From contig CBDCOZ010000003.1 in the NCBI GenBank assembly GCA_965220085.1, positions 64,001-128,000 of the forward strand: DNA of 64,000 nucleotides, written 5' to 3'. The notes under the pieces are model-generated. The model was not told the DNA's origin, made no database searches, and saw only the letters and a program-made list of their open reading frames with translations. This stretch comes from Candidatus Oxydemutatoraceae bacterium. GTDB lineage: Bacteria > Pseudomonadota > Gammaproteobacteria > Poriferisulfidales > Oxydemutatoraceae. A program made the position numbers and the translations under genes. Of the stretch, positions 9,713 to 19,718 are shown piece by piece. The stretch's first letter is position 1. Each line of letters opens with the position of its first letter.

Positions 9713-12529
9713 TTATGCCGCAATACGCCCTTCGCCGTATTCGGCCAAGATATCCGACAAATCGGAAGGGCTAAACGACACCGCACAGTGCCAGCACCCA
9801 AAGCCACCGTGATTGGTAACAGCCTTGCACCATTCCCCCAGTTGTTTGCGCTTTTCTTGCTCCTGTCCGCTGTCTTGCCCTTTGACTTCCAGAACGAGAT
9901 AGTCGCCGTTGGTCAGGCGAATCAGAAAATCCGGGTAATACTTGCGAGTCGCGCCTCCATAACTATAGTTGATTACAAATCCCAAATGATCGTTCTTCAC
10001 AAACGACTCCACATAGTCGGATTTATCTAATTTATATGCCTCCGACGCTTCCCACCTGCTGTCATATACGCAATGGCTGATATGTGATTTGGCGGCAGAC
10101 TGACAGGGTTTGCGGGTATACCATGGCCTCATGTCGCCGGTAGAAAATATGGGGCGCTCCTGATTAACAACTACCGTCGGGTTGTCGTAGGTGCTGGCGT
10201 CCTTTATGTATCCCCATATATGATCAATGACTTCCCTGGTGTGCAACATAAGGAGCATCTTGCGACGGGATTCATCGCTACCCACATTGCCCTTGAAACT
10301 CAGGTACTCAGATCGGATGAAATGCTCTGCCAAAGGTATCAACTGGGACAGAAAACTATACGCACTGCCCTTCCAACTCTCATATTTCCGCTGTTCATAA
10401 ATGCTTCGGGCAATCTTGAATATTACGGTTTGCAGACGGGTGTTTTCAGCAATGTGCTCCATGTCTATGGCATCCCGCACGGCATCGTGTGGCTTGCCTG
10501 CCAGAATGACTTCCATATCCGCCTCGGTTATGGTTTTCAACGGGTCTATATTAAGGGGCTTAATCCGCTCCCAGTCCAGTTCCAGACTGGGCTTATATTC
10601 ATAGTCTATGCGCGCCACATTAGGCCATCTGATAGCGTGTTCCGCGCGCTCCGGCAGCGACTCAATACGTGTCGCGGGCTTTTCCGGAGGAGGCTCCTCG
10701 CCGCCCTCGTGAGGCAGAAAAGTAAAAGGCACACCGACAACACGCACATATTCCGACCTGAACATGCCGTTCTCCTCAACATCGTAACTGACCCGGCGCA
10801 ATCCTCGTCCCACTACTTGCTCGCATAACAGTTGGCTGCTGAATGCGCGCAGTCCCATTATGTGAGTCACATTCTTGGCATCCCAACCTTCGGATAGCAT
10901 GTTCACCGAGATGACATTACAAAGTTGTTCGCCCGGCTCGCCCAACTGCCCCACAGTGCCGACCTTGCGCCGCAGATATTCGGCTTGCTTGTCCTTGGTA
11001 AGCGTCTTATGGTTGTTGCCGGGCCCGTTTATCTCCGGCCTTTCATCGCGCCCCTCGGCATCCTTCATGGTTTTGCTATCTACTTGTAACAATCTGTCGG
11101 GATTGCACAGTTGCTCATTCACCATCATGTCCTGCCGCTCAAAAGCATTGTGAATACGCGCCGCCGTCTCTATGCTGTTGGCTACTGTGATCATGACCGG
11201 CGGCACCTTGCTGCCCGCCTCTTGCCATTGTTCAAATTTTTCCGACCAGTCAGACCCCAATAACTGGTAAGCGTTGCGCACCAGATCCGGCAACGGTTCG
11301 GTTTTATCCGCCTTGCGGTTGAGGTCTTCCTTCACTTCGGGTTCCTGATACAGATGGTACAGACGCGACTGGTCATCTTTGTTGAGTACGCTATCGTCTC
11401 TCGTAACCACTCTGGGAGTCTTGACCAGCCCCGATTCTATGGCGTCATTAAGGCCAAAATCAGACACTACCCACTCAAACAAGCTGTCCTCATCGGAGCG
11501 GTCGCCCGACGGTCTGAAAGGTGTGGCCGACAAATCAAAGCAACGCAGAATGCCGCGATGCCTATGGATTCTGTCCAGCCCATCGATCCACACCGTAGCC
11601 TCCTCGGCGCTGTCCTTGTCGCTTCCCAAACGTTTGTTTTTGCCTTTGGCCTTGGGGTTAACGCGCCAAGCATGGTGGGCCTCGTCGTTAATCACCAGCA
11701 GGTCTCCATCGTCGGGGGCGTATTTGCCCAGTACCTGTCGCACATAGACGGTGTCGCTTATCGCTTTGCGTTTGCGTTTGTCCACCGAACGCAACTGCCC
11801 CTTGGCAGCCTTGGCATTCAACTTATCCTGACTGTCCCAAGCCAACGCATGCCAATTATGAATCCGCAACTTGCCGCGGCGCAAACGCTCCATCATGGGC
11901 GGCGGCACTATGTTAAACGCTTCGTAATAGTTGTGCTCGTGGCTGGGATTGAGCACCTGCAGACGCTCCTTGATGGTAAGGCCGGGCGCTACAATCAAAG
12001 CGTGTTTGCCGAACCTGCTGTCCTTGGGATCGGTAACTTTGTTGAGAAAGTTCCAAGCAATAATCATCGCCATGACAATAGTCTTCCCCGTGCCCGTAGC
12101 CATCTTGCTGCATAGCCGTTCAAACTCGCTGCCATCTCCATTGAGACCTTCCCGCATGTCCGCGCCTTCTTGCGTTTCCACCAGCCAGATAAGCGTCTCT
12201 ATGGCTTCCAACTGACAGAAGAAAAAGCGATTCTCCCGCTCCTGATTGTCTTGCCAATGCTCAAGCAGTTTGCGAGTGATGATGGTGGCGCCGGCATATC
12301 GCGCCTCCCGCCAGACATCTACCTTCGTGCGAATAGTATTGACTGCCTTGATTGGCTTGAACTGCCCGGGGTCATCAAAGCCTTTGGCATTGGGCGTGGC
12401 TACCACATAGCCGGCATCTCGCCTGCCTGCCAGCAAGTTGAACTGTCGCCGCTCGCGATCGTATTGCCAGCGCTTTTGCGGCGCCTCGTACGGACTGTTT
12501 ACGATAAGTTTATCAATCTTGTCAGGCAT
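9713..12529 (-). CDS. res: Type III restriction enzyme Res subunit (SF2 helicase plus PD-(D/E)xK nuclease)
   Basis: KMATGTGKT, DEAHH, LSEGWD, QVVGRGLR and YYPDFLI...LEVKG motifs. Start MPDKIDKL at 12529. Confidence 0.92.
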   Translation of the reverse strand: MPDKIDKLIVNSPYEAPQKRWQYDRERRQFNLLAGRRDAGYVVATPNAKGFDDPGQFKPIKAVNTIRTKVDVWREARYAGATIITRKLLEHWQDNQERENRFFFCQLEAIETLIWLVETQEGADMREGLNGDGSEFERLCSKMATGTGKTIVMAMIIAWNFLNKVTDPKDSRFGKHALIVAPGLTIKERLQVLNPSHEHNYYEAFNIVPPPMMERLRRGKLRIHNWHALAWDSQDKLNAKAAKGQLRSVDKRKRKAISDTVYVRQVLGKYAPDDGDLLVINDEAHHAWRVNPKAKGKNKRLGSDKDSAEEATVWIDGLDRIHRHRGILRCFDLSATPFRPSGDRSDEDSLFEWVVSDFGLNDAIESGLVKTPRVVTRDDSVLNKDDQSRLYHLYQEPEVKEDLNRKADKTEPLPDLVRNAYQLLGSDWSEKFEQWQEAGSKVPPVMITVANSIETAARIHNAFERQDMMVNEQLCNPDRLLQVDSKTMKDAEGRDERPEINGPGNNHKTLTKDKQAEYLRRKVGTVGQLGEPGEQLCNVISVNMLSEGWDAKNVTHIMGLRAFSSQLLCEQVVGRGLRRVSYDVEENGMFRSEYVRVVGVPFTFLPHEGGEEPPPEKPATRIESLPERAEHAIRWPNVARIDYEYKPSLELDWERIKPLNIDPLKTITEADMEVILAGKPHDAVRDAIDMEHIAENTRLQTVIFKIARSIYEQRKYESWKGSAYSFLSQLIPLAEHFIRSEYLSFKGNVGSDESRRKMLLMLHTREVIDHIWGYIKDASTYDNPTVVVNQERPIFSTGDMRPWYTRKPCQSAAKSHISHCVYDSRWEASEAYKLDKSDYVESFVKNDHLGFVINYSYGGATRKYYPDFLIRLTNGDYLVLEVKGQDSGQEQEKRKQLGEWCKAVTNHGGFGCWHCAVSFSPSDLSDILAEYGEGRIAA

Positions 12530-12533
12530 GCGA

Positions 12534-12911
12534 TTACCAAGGTGACCTTTGGAAAAAACGCCTATACCACGGGCGAGGCGTCCATACAATCTTACCCTTT
12601 TTGACCTGATAGTGGCTGCGGCATGGCAACTTGGGCAGGAATATGGAGGGTGAGAGACTCAGACTGCCATCCCGATGCTCATGAAAACGCCACTTGGGAT
12701 CGGCGTCCTCAAAGACATCCAAATACACCAGATGATCGCATTTGCGTTTTGGGCATTGCATAACAATCCGGTAGGGGTGCGACCGCCCGCCCACTACATA
12801 TATAGTGTCAGGAGACGGAACATCCGGCAAATCTTCCACCCACTCGGTCGCATAGCGTTTGCGCTTATGCCGGAACCGCTTGCGCGCCTTTTTGAACAAC
12901 CTTTTAGGCAT
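12534..12911 (-). CDS. DUF6527-like protein, last gene of the ubiquitin-like operon
   Basis: CPxxxC, SLSPSI and CRSHY...GKIVW pattern. Start MPKRLF overlaps the E1 stop region. Confidence 0.75.
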   Translation of the reverse strand: MPKRLFKKARKRFRHKRKRYATEWVEDLPDVPSPDTIYVVGGRSHPYRIVMQCPKRKCDHLVYLDVFEDADPKWRFHEHRDGSLSLSPSIFLPKLPCRSHYQVKKGKIVWTPRPWYRRFFQRSPW

Positions 12912-14325
12912 TCTTGTTTTCGTCTGTAATACTTTGCAGTAACGGGCTGCTATCGCCCATCCCCGCATACTTGCCGAACAACTTGTCGGCTTGTCCGGGC
13001 TCCGCATGTCGGTTGCTGTAATAGCCTTGCACCAGTTGCATCTGTTGCACGGCAAAAGAGTCGTTGGCATCTAAGCGGAAGTCGTGCAAGCGCGCCATAA
13101 GATCATTGAAAGCCATGCAGGCAGCTTGCATATTCACGGAGATGACGGCTGGCTGGTCTTCGCCCACTGCTGTCAGATAACCCTCTTTCAGTTGTTTCCG
13201 GTAGTGTTTCGGGTCGGAACGATGCATATTCTCCGCCGCAATCTGCTCGCTGGCGTAGCCTCCTCTTGCCATCAGACTGGCATTGTCCGGGTGCATATAA
13301 TGCGCTACGGCTGTGGCTTGGGTCAGGCCGCCTTTGCCATCCGCCTCAAGGTGTACGCCAACATCAAAGTAAGGCAACCAACAGGCGGAAGCTATGCATT
13401 CCAGATGGTAGCGACCGCTGGCAGAATCCACGCAACCAAAGATGACATCGCAATCTATCAGCGCCCTCGCCACTTGCGGAGCGTATGTATCCGCTTGGTA
13501 CGCATCTACCTTGGCGCCTGTGCCCATGGCTTGCACAGCTTTTTTCAGCGCATCTACTTTGGGGGCGCTCTGACTTGCATCGCGGCTTTTGGCGTTTATG
13601 ATGCGATTCAGGTTCTTGGGTTCCACGCAATCCGGGTCTGCTATCACCAACTGCCCCACACAGTTTCGCGCCAACAGTTCAATGATGACGCTGCCGGTGC
13701 CGGAACACCCCACAACGCCTGCTCGCAATCGGCGCAAAAGCGCCAAGGTGTTTTTGCCGAATGTCTGGGCAACCCTCATACCGGACTCGACCGGTTGCGC
13801 CACCCGCTTTGCAGAGTGCCAGATTTTTATATCCTCGCCCACAACGGAAACCGTATCCAAGAGCGCACACTTTCCTTTGACATCAACCACACGCGCGATA
13901 ATCCTGCCATCCGGCAACATGATGGCGGAACCATTGGGCCGCCCGTCATCAAACCAGCGGCCCATCGAGCCAAACAACTTTCGATCATTTTCATTGTCAA
14001 TGTCGGAAAATTCTTCACAGCCTTTGGGATGGCTATGAATCGTCATGATTGAAAGTCCGCGCTTGTCTATGTCGCTAATCTTGTCGGCGGTCAAAAATTC
14101 AGTCACGGGCCAATCCACACGGATGGCTGTTCTATTGGAACAAGTATCGGCGGGTATGAGAATGCACTCGCAGGCCATCAGGCGCAGGCTCCGGGCGCCC
14201 GCCGCCCTGTGGCAGAGAATGATAGCGACAGATTCGCGATTATCCTCCGGGAAAAGGTGCTCCCGGAGTTGCCGATGTTGGCTTTGTGTCAGTGCCAAAG
14301 TGTGCGCATACTTGCCAGCCATCAC
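12904..14325 (-). CDS. JAB/MPN peptidase - ThiF/E1 fusion protein
   Basis: RESVA, IHSHP...FSDID (JAMM). VVGCSGTGS, DPDCVEPKNLNR and FGCVDS (E1/ThiF). Confidence 0.88.
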   Translation of the reverse strand: MMAGKYAHTLALTQSQHRQLREHLFPEDNRESVAIILCHRAAGARSLRLMACECILIPADTCSNRTAIRVDWPVTEFLTADKISDIDKRGLSIMTIHSHPKGCEEFSDIDNENDRKLFGSMGRWFDDGRPNGSAIMLPDGRIIARVVDVKGKCALLDTVSVVGEDIKIWHSAKRVAQPVESGMRVAQTFGKNTLALLRRLRAGVVGCSGTGSVIIELLARNCVGQLVIADPDCVEPKNLNRIINAKSRDASQSAPKVDALKKAVQAMGTGAKVDAYQADTYAPQVARALIDCDVIFGCVDSASGRYHLECIASACWLPYFDVGVHLEADGKGGLTQATAVAHYMHPDNASLMARGGYASEQIAAENMHRSDPKHYRKQLKEGYLTAVGEDQPAVISVNMQAACMAFNDLMARLHDFRLDANDSFAVQQMQLVQGYYSNRHAEPGQADKLFGKYAGMGDSSPLLQSITDENKNA

Positions 14326-14690
14326 CGTATCAGTTCATGTTGCAGAACATTTTTTATATATGCAAAGTGTGTGGCGACGCAATGTATGCCCGGCTTCCAT
14401 TCGTAGTGCCGCGACCATCGTTGCCAGTGCTGACTAAAGTGGCGCTCCTCTGTCAGGGCATCTATGTATTTTTCATCCTTGCGTCCAATCGGCGGGCACA
14501 GATAGAACATATCCAACGGGCTGGCAGGATAGTCGGCAGGAATGCGTATCATCAGATTGGTTTTATCCAGATTGTAGCCTTCGGGCAAAGAGTAATCGCG
14601 AATTAGCAGACCATCGCTATCACCGAGCACTTCCCACTGCCCTGAAAAATGCTTTTCCAGAAACCGTTTGTCATCGGGCACAAGCGCCAC
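14322..14690 (-). CDS. Prokaryotic E2/UBC-like protein
   Basis: LPEGYN, IPADYPASPLDMFY and WQRWSRH...WKPG. Lies between the Ubl and E1 genes. Confidence 0.85.
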   Translation of the reverse strand: MALVPDDKRFLEKHFSGQWEVLGDSDGLLIRDYSLPEGYNLDKTNLMIRIPADYPASPLDMFYLCPPIGRKDEKYIDALTEERHFSQHWQRWSRHYEWKPGIHCVATHFAYIKNVLQHELIR

Positions 14691-14695
14691 CGATG

Positions 14696-15148
14696 TTACG
14701 CCCCTTGTTGCGCCTGTAAGGGCGCTGTCTCAAACCGGTCTAGTTCGGGATTCGTCAAATCTACTTCTTCATCTCCCGCAACAGGAATGCGTCGCCCGCT
14801 CTTCAACTTCTTGTTGAGAGACCACTCGCTGGTTTTCTTGTCGACCAGAGCCAGTATCCGCTCTCCGGTCATCGTCGTCTCCGCTACCGTAAACTCATCG
14901 CCGTCCACCTTGATGGTGATTTTCTTGTCGTCGGGACGTTGCGGCTTAGCCGATGCAGTCTTGAATGCTCTGTTGCCGGGGTCTTTCAAATCTATTTGCT
15001 CGTCTTTCCCCACAGGCACCGACTTGCCATCGCGCTCTAGGCTCAGAGACCACTCCGGGTAACTCTTGCCCGCTAGGTTTAGGATTTGCTCGCCGGTCAA
15101 GTGATCAGAATCTGCCGGATATTGTTTGCCATCAATCTGTATGTTCAA
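14696..15148 (-). CDS. Multi-ubiquitin domain protein (two beta-grasp repeats, C-terminus QQGA)
   Basis: Two repeats (I.IDG...TGE.IL.L...IDL..PG / VDL.NPE..RF.T). Penultimate Gly. RBS AGGAGG. Confidence 0.85.
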   Translation of the reverse strand: MNIQIDGKQYPADSDHLTGEQILNLAGKSYPEWSLSLERDGKSVPVGKDEQIDLKDPGNRAFKTASAKPQRPDDKKITIKVDGDEFTVAETTMTGERILALVDKKTSEWSLNKKLKSGRRIPVAGDEEVDLTNPELDRFETAPLQAQQGA

Positions 15149-15163
15149 CGTCTCATCCTCCTG

Positions 15164-15682
15164 TTAGTGTTTCTCAAGTTTTTTATGGGCCTCTTTTGAA
15201 GTCATCACATCCGCTTGCAACAAATCCATGCCCTCTGCCTTCGATTTTAACTTATCCCGATTGTTAATGATATGCTTTTCATCATTGCTAATAAGTATCC
15301 TGTCCTTGACGAATGCCACATATACAAATATCCGGTCAACCTCTTCTTTATTTTTATCTTGTTCTTCCGGAACTATAGCGCAGATGCCATTCCAAAGCAG
15401 GGAAGACTCATCCACAGTGACACACTCATGATTCTGAGGGTCCATCCAGAGTCGCAAAATGATTCTGTTGTCTATCGTAAGGCGTTCAATCTTTCGTTCT
15501 ATATGGTGTTTATATTCATGCCTTATAACACCCTCGTCGTCAATCAGTAGCAACACTTTCAAATCAACCAGACTTTTCAACAATTTATATATATGATTCT
15601 CTGTATTCATATTTTTGTTATGAATATGTCCGAAAACATTAGTGTCTACGGCTATGAAGTCAACGGTCACTGCTTCCTCCAT
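15164..15682 (-). CDS. PIN-like domain protein
   Basis: IAVDTNVF at the N-terminus, then DRIFVYVA and ILISNDEKH (acidic PIN pattern). Confidence 0.6.
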   Translation of the reverse strand: MEEAVTVDFIAVDTNVFGHIHNKNMNTENHIYKLLKSLVDLKVLLLIDDEGVIRHEYKHHIERKIERLTIDNRIILRLWMDPQNHECVTVDESSLLWNGICAIVPEEQDKNKEEVDRIFVYVAFVKDRILISNDEKHIINNRDKLKSKAEGMDLLQADVMTSKEAHKKLEKH

Positions 15683-15684
15683 GG

Positions 15685-17067
15685 CTATGTAGTCATATCC
15701 ATGACTTCCCAGAAATCCTGATGAAAGAATTCTCTTGGCAAACCATCATCCAGTATGCCTTTCTCATTGATGTTCAGGTTTTTCACAGTGGTTTTATTAT
15801 TATCAGTAGCAAAATAGGCTACGGATATATCACGCCAGTCTAATTCCCCTTTGATAATCTTGTTACGCAAGCGCAACAACATGTTGGCACTGTGCGTCTC
15901 AATAATGGATGTCACCTTGCGCGTATTCCATAACTCAACGAAGAAGTTGGCCAAATTAAGTTGTGCGGTCGGGTGCAAGTTCGCTTCGGGCTCTTCAACC
16001 ATCAGGGTGGAGTAGGGATGCATAATCGCTCCCTGCACCAGAACAGGCAGAAGTTGATTTGTGCCGAAACCAAAATCTGCAATGTTGGTGCGAGCTCCAG
16101 TTTTCAGGTTGGTTGCCCGGCAGGCGGTCAATTCCTCCAGATGCTCATCGAAGGTGATATCGCTTACTCCCAAAATGTTCTCCAGATGACGGCTCACCAA
16201 ATCAAAAGCGTCCCGCCTGTCCTTGTATATCTTATACAGTTGGTGTAATGTCCATTTGCCCTCACTTCCTACTTCGCGATTAGGGCAAGAGGCATGCTTT
16301 GCAAACGCCCTCTCAAAGTATTCAATCTCTGGGCTTATATAAGATATATTGCCGACATCTTGAACTATAAGCCTGTTGCAGTGCTCTAACACCTTCACAT
16401 CATCTTTCAGTTCGCGCTCCATTGCTATGGCAAAGTTACCAAGCTTTTGGATGAGGGCTCCTATATCCTCCTTACCTGACCGGAAAGCTGGGCTAAATTT
16501 TTCAGTGAGCGTATTTATGTCATCTTTCAGTTTGCGCTCGTTAGCATCTGACAAAACACTAGCCAAATGAAACATTCTCAGATTATCAGTTATTTCATTT
16601 TCATACGGGGTTACGCAGCCCTTGTCATGCTCTATGCCCAGCGCTACCTTTCCTCTGGATGCTCGGTCTTTGGCATAATACACACTGGCATTCAGAACAT
16701 AGTTGATTTTTTTGTTTTGCACACCTTTCTGCGATACTTCTTGCTTGCGGCGGATCTGTTCCAAATAACGCTTAACAATATCTCCGGGACTGTCCGCGTC
16801 CTTAAACTTGACGCCAAACTTCAGGTGATCCCCCTTAGTTCGCACATTCTTTTGCGCATAGAGTGATGGCAGTTTTATGGCATCGCCGGATGTTGCCAGA
16901 AATTCCAGACTCGCCGGGTTACACGACTGCTTGAGCATCAGCAGGAGTTTCATCACTGATGACTTGCTGGAATTGTTACGACCTATCAACAGGGTAATCG
17001 GCTTCAAGCGAATTGTCACCTCATCGCTAAACCCTCGGAAGTTGGCTATTTTAAGTTCGGTCAACAT
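15685..17067 (-). CDS. ABC/AAA_21-type ATPase with DUF3696-like C-terminus
   Basis: IANFRGF, GRNNSSKSS (variant Walker A), DFGFGTNQLLP, VEEPEANLHP and IETHS. Confidence 0.85.
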   Translation of the reverse strand: MLTELKIANFRGFSDEVTIRLKPITLLIGRNNSSKSSVMKLLLMLKQSCNPASLEFLATSGDAIKLPSLYAQKNVRTKGDHLKFGVKFKDADSPGDIVKRYLEQIRRKQEVSQKGVQNKKINYVLNASVYYAKDRASRGKVALGIEHDKGCVTPYENEITDNLRMFHLASVLSDANERKLKDDINTLTEKFSPAFRSGKEDIGALIQKLGNFAIAMERELKDDVKVLEHCNRLIVQDVGNISYISPEIEYFERAFAKHASCPNREVGSEGKWTLHQLYKIYKDRRDAFDLVSRHLENILGVSDITFDEHLEELTACRATNLKTGARTNIADFGFGTNQLLPVLVQGAIMHPYSTLMVEEPEANLHPTAQLNLANFFVELWNTRKVTSIIETHSANMLLRLRNKIIKGELDWRDISVAYFATDNNKTTVKNLNINEKGILDDGLPREFFHQDFWEVMDMTT

Positions 17068-17077
17068 TGGGCTCCCC

Positions 17078-17323
17078 CTATTTGTACAGCGGAATGATGC
17101 GCAACGATTCTATGTCGCGCTTGTCTATAATCTTAATGGCTCTGCGCTCGTGTAACTGCCCGAAGTCATCAAAGCCTTTGGCATTGGGCGTGGCTACCAC
17201 ACAGCCGGCATCTCGCCTGCCTGCCGACAAGTTGGACTGCCGTTGCTCGCAATCGTATTGCCAGTGCTTTTGCGTCGCCTCGTGCGGACTGTTTACGATG
17301 AGCTTGTTAATCTTGTCAGGCAT
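17078..17323 (-). pseudogene. Chimeric res-head / mod-tail ORF (81 aa)
   Basis: First about 56 aa match the Res N-terminus (MPDKINKLIVNSP...TPNAKGFDD). The last about 23 aa match the Mod C-terminus (IKIIDKRDIESLRIIPL vs VKIIDNRGIESLRVIPL). Confidence 0.88.
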
Positions 17324-17331
17324 ATATTTCA

Positions 17332-19713
17332 TTAGGCCCTTATTTGCTCTCGCGCTCTGAGTCTGGCCTGAACCTGTGAATATAACTGCACTCCCTCGTT
17401 TTGACGATCACGGAGGCTGATAACCAAAGCATATTTTTCTTTATTGCCACAAAGATTCTCTCCCCATGGAAAATCATTGCGGGTCACTACTACAAAAACT
17501 TTTTCCCGCTTGATTTTAGATCTGCCATCAATCCTTCTGAATTTCCAGACATCTGCTTGTGCTGTTCCTTTGCTACGTGCAACTCGCCCAACTTTAGCCC
17601 CGTCTAGCTCTGGGATATTTTCATATTCATCGTCATCTGTTGCCTTGTTAAACATGGCAGTTACGCGGTCTAGGCTATCGGCTGTGACCAGACGAAAATC
17701 AATGCGCGTAGCGCGATATTTAATTCTCGTAGAGCGAACGGCAGGCGTATAAGCCAATGCAACTGCAATTTCTCTGTCACAACTCCCGGTAATGATAAAG
17801 TCATCAGGCACAGGCACTTCATAGAAATGGTGCTTTTTATTCTCAATTGCCTCACCGGATATGAGAGTGACCGCAGTCTGCAAAGAGCGATACAGTGTGG
17901 TTGAGTCCACCTTGCCATAACCGCAAACCCTTCTAAAATCTTTGTCATCATCAAATAATTCCGGACTTATCTCAGGCAATCTCGCATTTGTGCAAAGAAG
18001 GGCTCTAATCATATTGTGACTTATTTCTGAATCCTCTCTTAGGATGGAGGAAGCCAAATGTGCCACTTGGGGTGCGGCCATGCTTGTGCCCATACCCAGA
18101 TCAAAGAGACGACCCTCTGCGAATTTATAACTGGTGGAAACAACTCCTAACCCTGTATTGGTGCCGGTAGATAACGGCATGTTATCGGCGCGCACATTTG
18201 ATGCCCAATTACCGCCATAGGCCATCAGCTCAGGCTTGATGGCGTCATCCACAGAAGGGCCACATCTGGTAAACGGAGAAGGTTCATCGTGTCGTGCAAT
18301 TGGCCTTTCAGCAGGGTCGCTTGGCCAGTTTTGACTGCCATAGGTAACATCATGTTGCGCCAAGCTACCCACAGTCAGCACATTCAATGCCGGGGCAGGT
18401 TCAATAATCCGCGAATTGTCATCTAATAGGTACTTTGGATAGTCCTCTTTCCACTGAATGCCCTTCGGGGAATCAGCATTAATCCTAAGATTCCCTGCGG
18501 ATACTACAAACAATATCCCTAATTCTCGAGAAAGAGAATCCAGCGCCACCGAAAGACCTTTTAAGTGACCTCCCAGATATGGCTTATTTGTGTCTCCAAG
18601 AGACAGGTTAAAAACTCGACATCCATACTCCTTCACGAAGTAGCGCACCGCTTTATCAATACGGTTCTCCATAAACTCTTCGGCATAGGTATTGTCTTTG
18701 TCCAGAATGCGACCACTAAACAAGCGTAAGGCAGGAATAAATTCACGGCTTCTTATGTTGTCTTCAATACCCTCTCCATATAAGGCCAACCCTGCAACAA
18801 GAGTTCCATGACCGTGCTCATCTATCGCTTCTTCTCCGGGCAGAAAGCTTTGGGCATCACCCACCGCATCACCTAACAAAGGGTGCCCGGTTGCCAACCC
18901 ACTATCCAAAACAACCACCCCCGGAGCAGATTCATCCGGCATGGGAACCTTGGGATAGTCTTGTATGTCTTGATGTAAAAGTGTGCGTTCCAGTTCAAAG
19001 CTGGGCGGCAAGTCAACATAGCGCACATCGCGGTGATTAAGGAGATGTTGTGCCTGCTCGGCATCACAACAAACACGGTAGATAGTCAGTGTCTGTTGCT
19101 TGACACTATCTTTTACTGTTATGCCGGCCTCGGTTAGCCATTGTTCAAACATCCGCCGTTCCTCTTCGTGTTGATTATTATTTTCTAACGGCCAAAGTTC
19201 TATATCAAGCAAAAATGCTTCTTGTTTCGGAAGCCCGTACTTCTTCAGAGCCCATCCTTTGCGATCTTCGGGTTGTAAGGCATCAAGATTCTGCAGGGCA
19301 TAAAAAATATTTTGATTGGTAACCTTACCACCCTCAGCCATGGTAGACAGGCAGGCTTCAAATTCTGCAAGGCCGTTCTCACTCGCAAACCCTATTACGA
19401 CTTCTTGTTCTTCTTGGCTTACAAACTCAATCCCCAAAACGCCTCTCTGTTGTGATGCCACTTTCCTTAGATCATCCGGATCAAAACCTTTCTGCACAGT
19501 GAACTTAAATATTTTACGATTATCAAAACCGCCAATATTGTTATCAGCCTGATCTCTGGCAGCACGAAGATTTTCTAACAACTTGCGGCCATGGCCCCTA
19601 ATATCCTCGGGTGGAGTTCGGCGAGGGCCAGGTCCTGATCTCTTTTGAGTGACCGGTTTCTCCTTGCTTATATTCAGATGAATAAAAGATTCGGGTTCAA
19701 ATAATTGAGCCAT
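17332..19713 (-). CDS. S8 family serine protease (IetS-like)
   Basis: Catalytic triad VLDSG, HGHGTLVAG and GTSMAAP, plus FVVSAGN. Directly downstream of an AAA ATPase. Confidence 0.9.
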   Translation of the reverse strand: MAQLFEPESFIHLNISKEKPVTQKRSGPGPRRTPPEDIRGHGRKLLENLRAARDQADNNIGGFDNRKIFKFTVQKGFDPDDLRKVASQQRGVLGIEFVSQEEQEVVIGFASENGLAEFEACLSTMAEGGKVTNQNIFYALQNLDALQPEDRKGWALKKYGLPKQEAFLLDIELWPLENNNQHEEERRMFEQWLTEAGITVKDSVKQQTLTIYRVCCDAEQAQHLLNHRDVRYVDLPPSFELERTLLHQDIQDYPKVPMPDESAPGVVVLDSGLATGHPLLGDAVGDAQSFLPGEEAIDEHGHGTLVAGLALYGEGIEDNIRSREFIPALRLFSGRILDKDNTYAEEFMENRIDKAVRYFVKEYGCRVFNLSLGDTNKPYLGGHLKGLSVALDSLSRELGILFVVSAGNLRINADSPKGIQWKEDYPKYLLDDNSRIIEPAPALNVLTVGSLAQHDVTYGSQNWPSDPAERPIARHDEPSPFTRCGPSVDDAIKPELMAYGGNWASNVRADNMPLSTGTNTGLGVVSTSYKFAEGRLFDLGMGTSMAAPQVAHLASSILREDSEISHNMIRALLCTNARLPEISPELFDDDKDFRRVCGYGKVDSTTLYRSLQTAVTLISGEAIENKKHHFYEVPVPDDFIITGSCDREIAVALAYTPAVRSTRIKYRATRIDFRLVTADSLDRVTAMFNKATDDDEYENIPELDGAKVGRVARSKGTAQADVWKFRRIDGRSKIKREKVFVVVTRNDFPWGENLCGNKEKYALVISLRDRQNEGVQLYSQVQARLRAREQIRA

Positions 19714-19718
19714 GCGGA

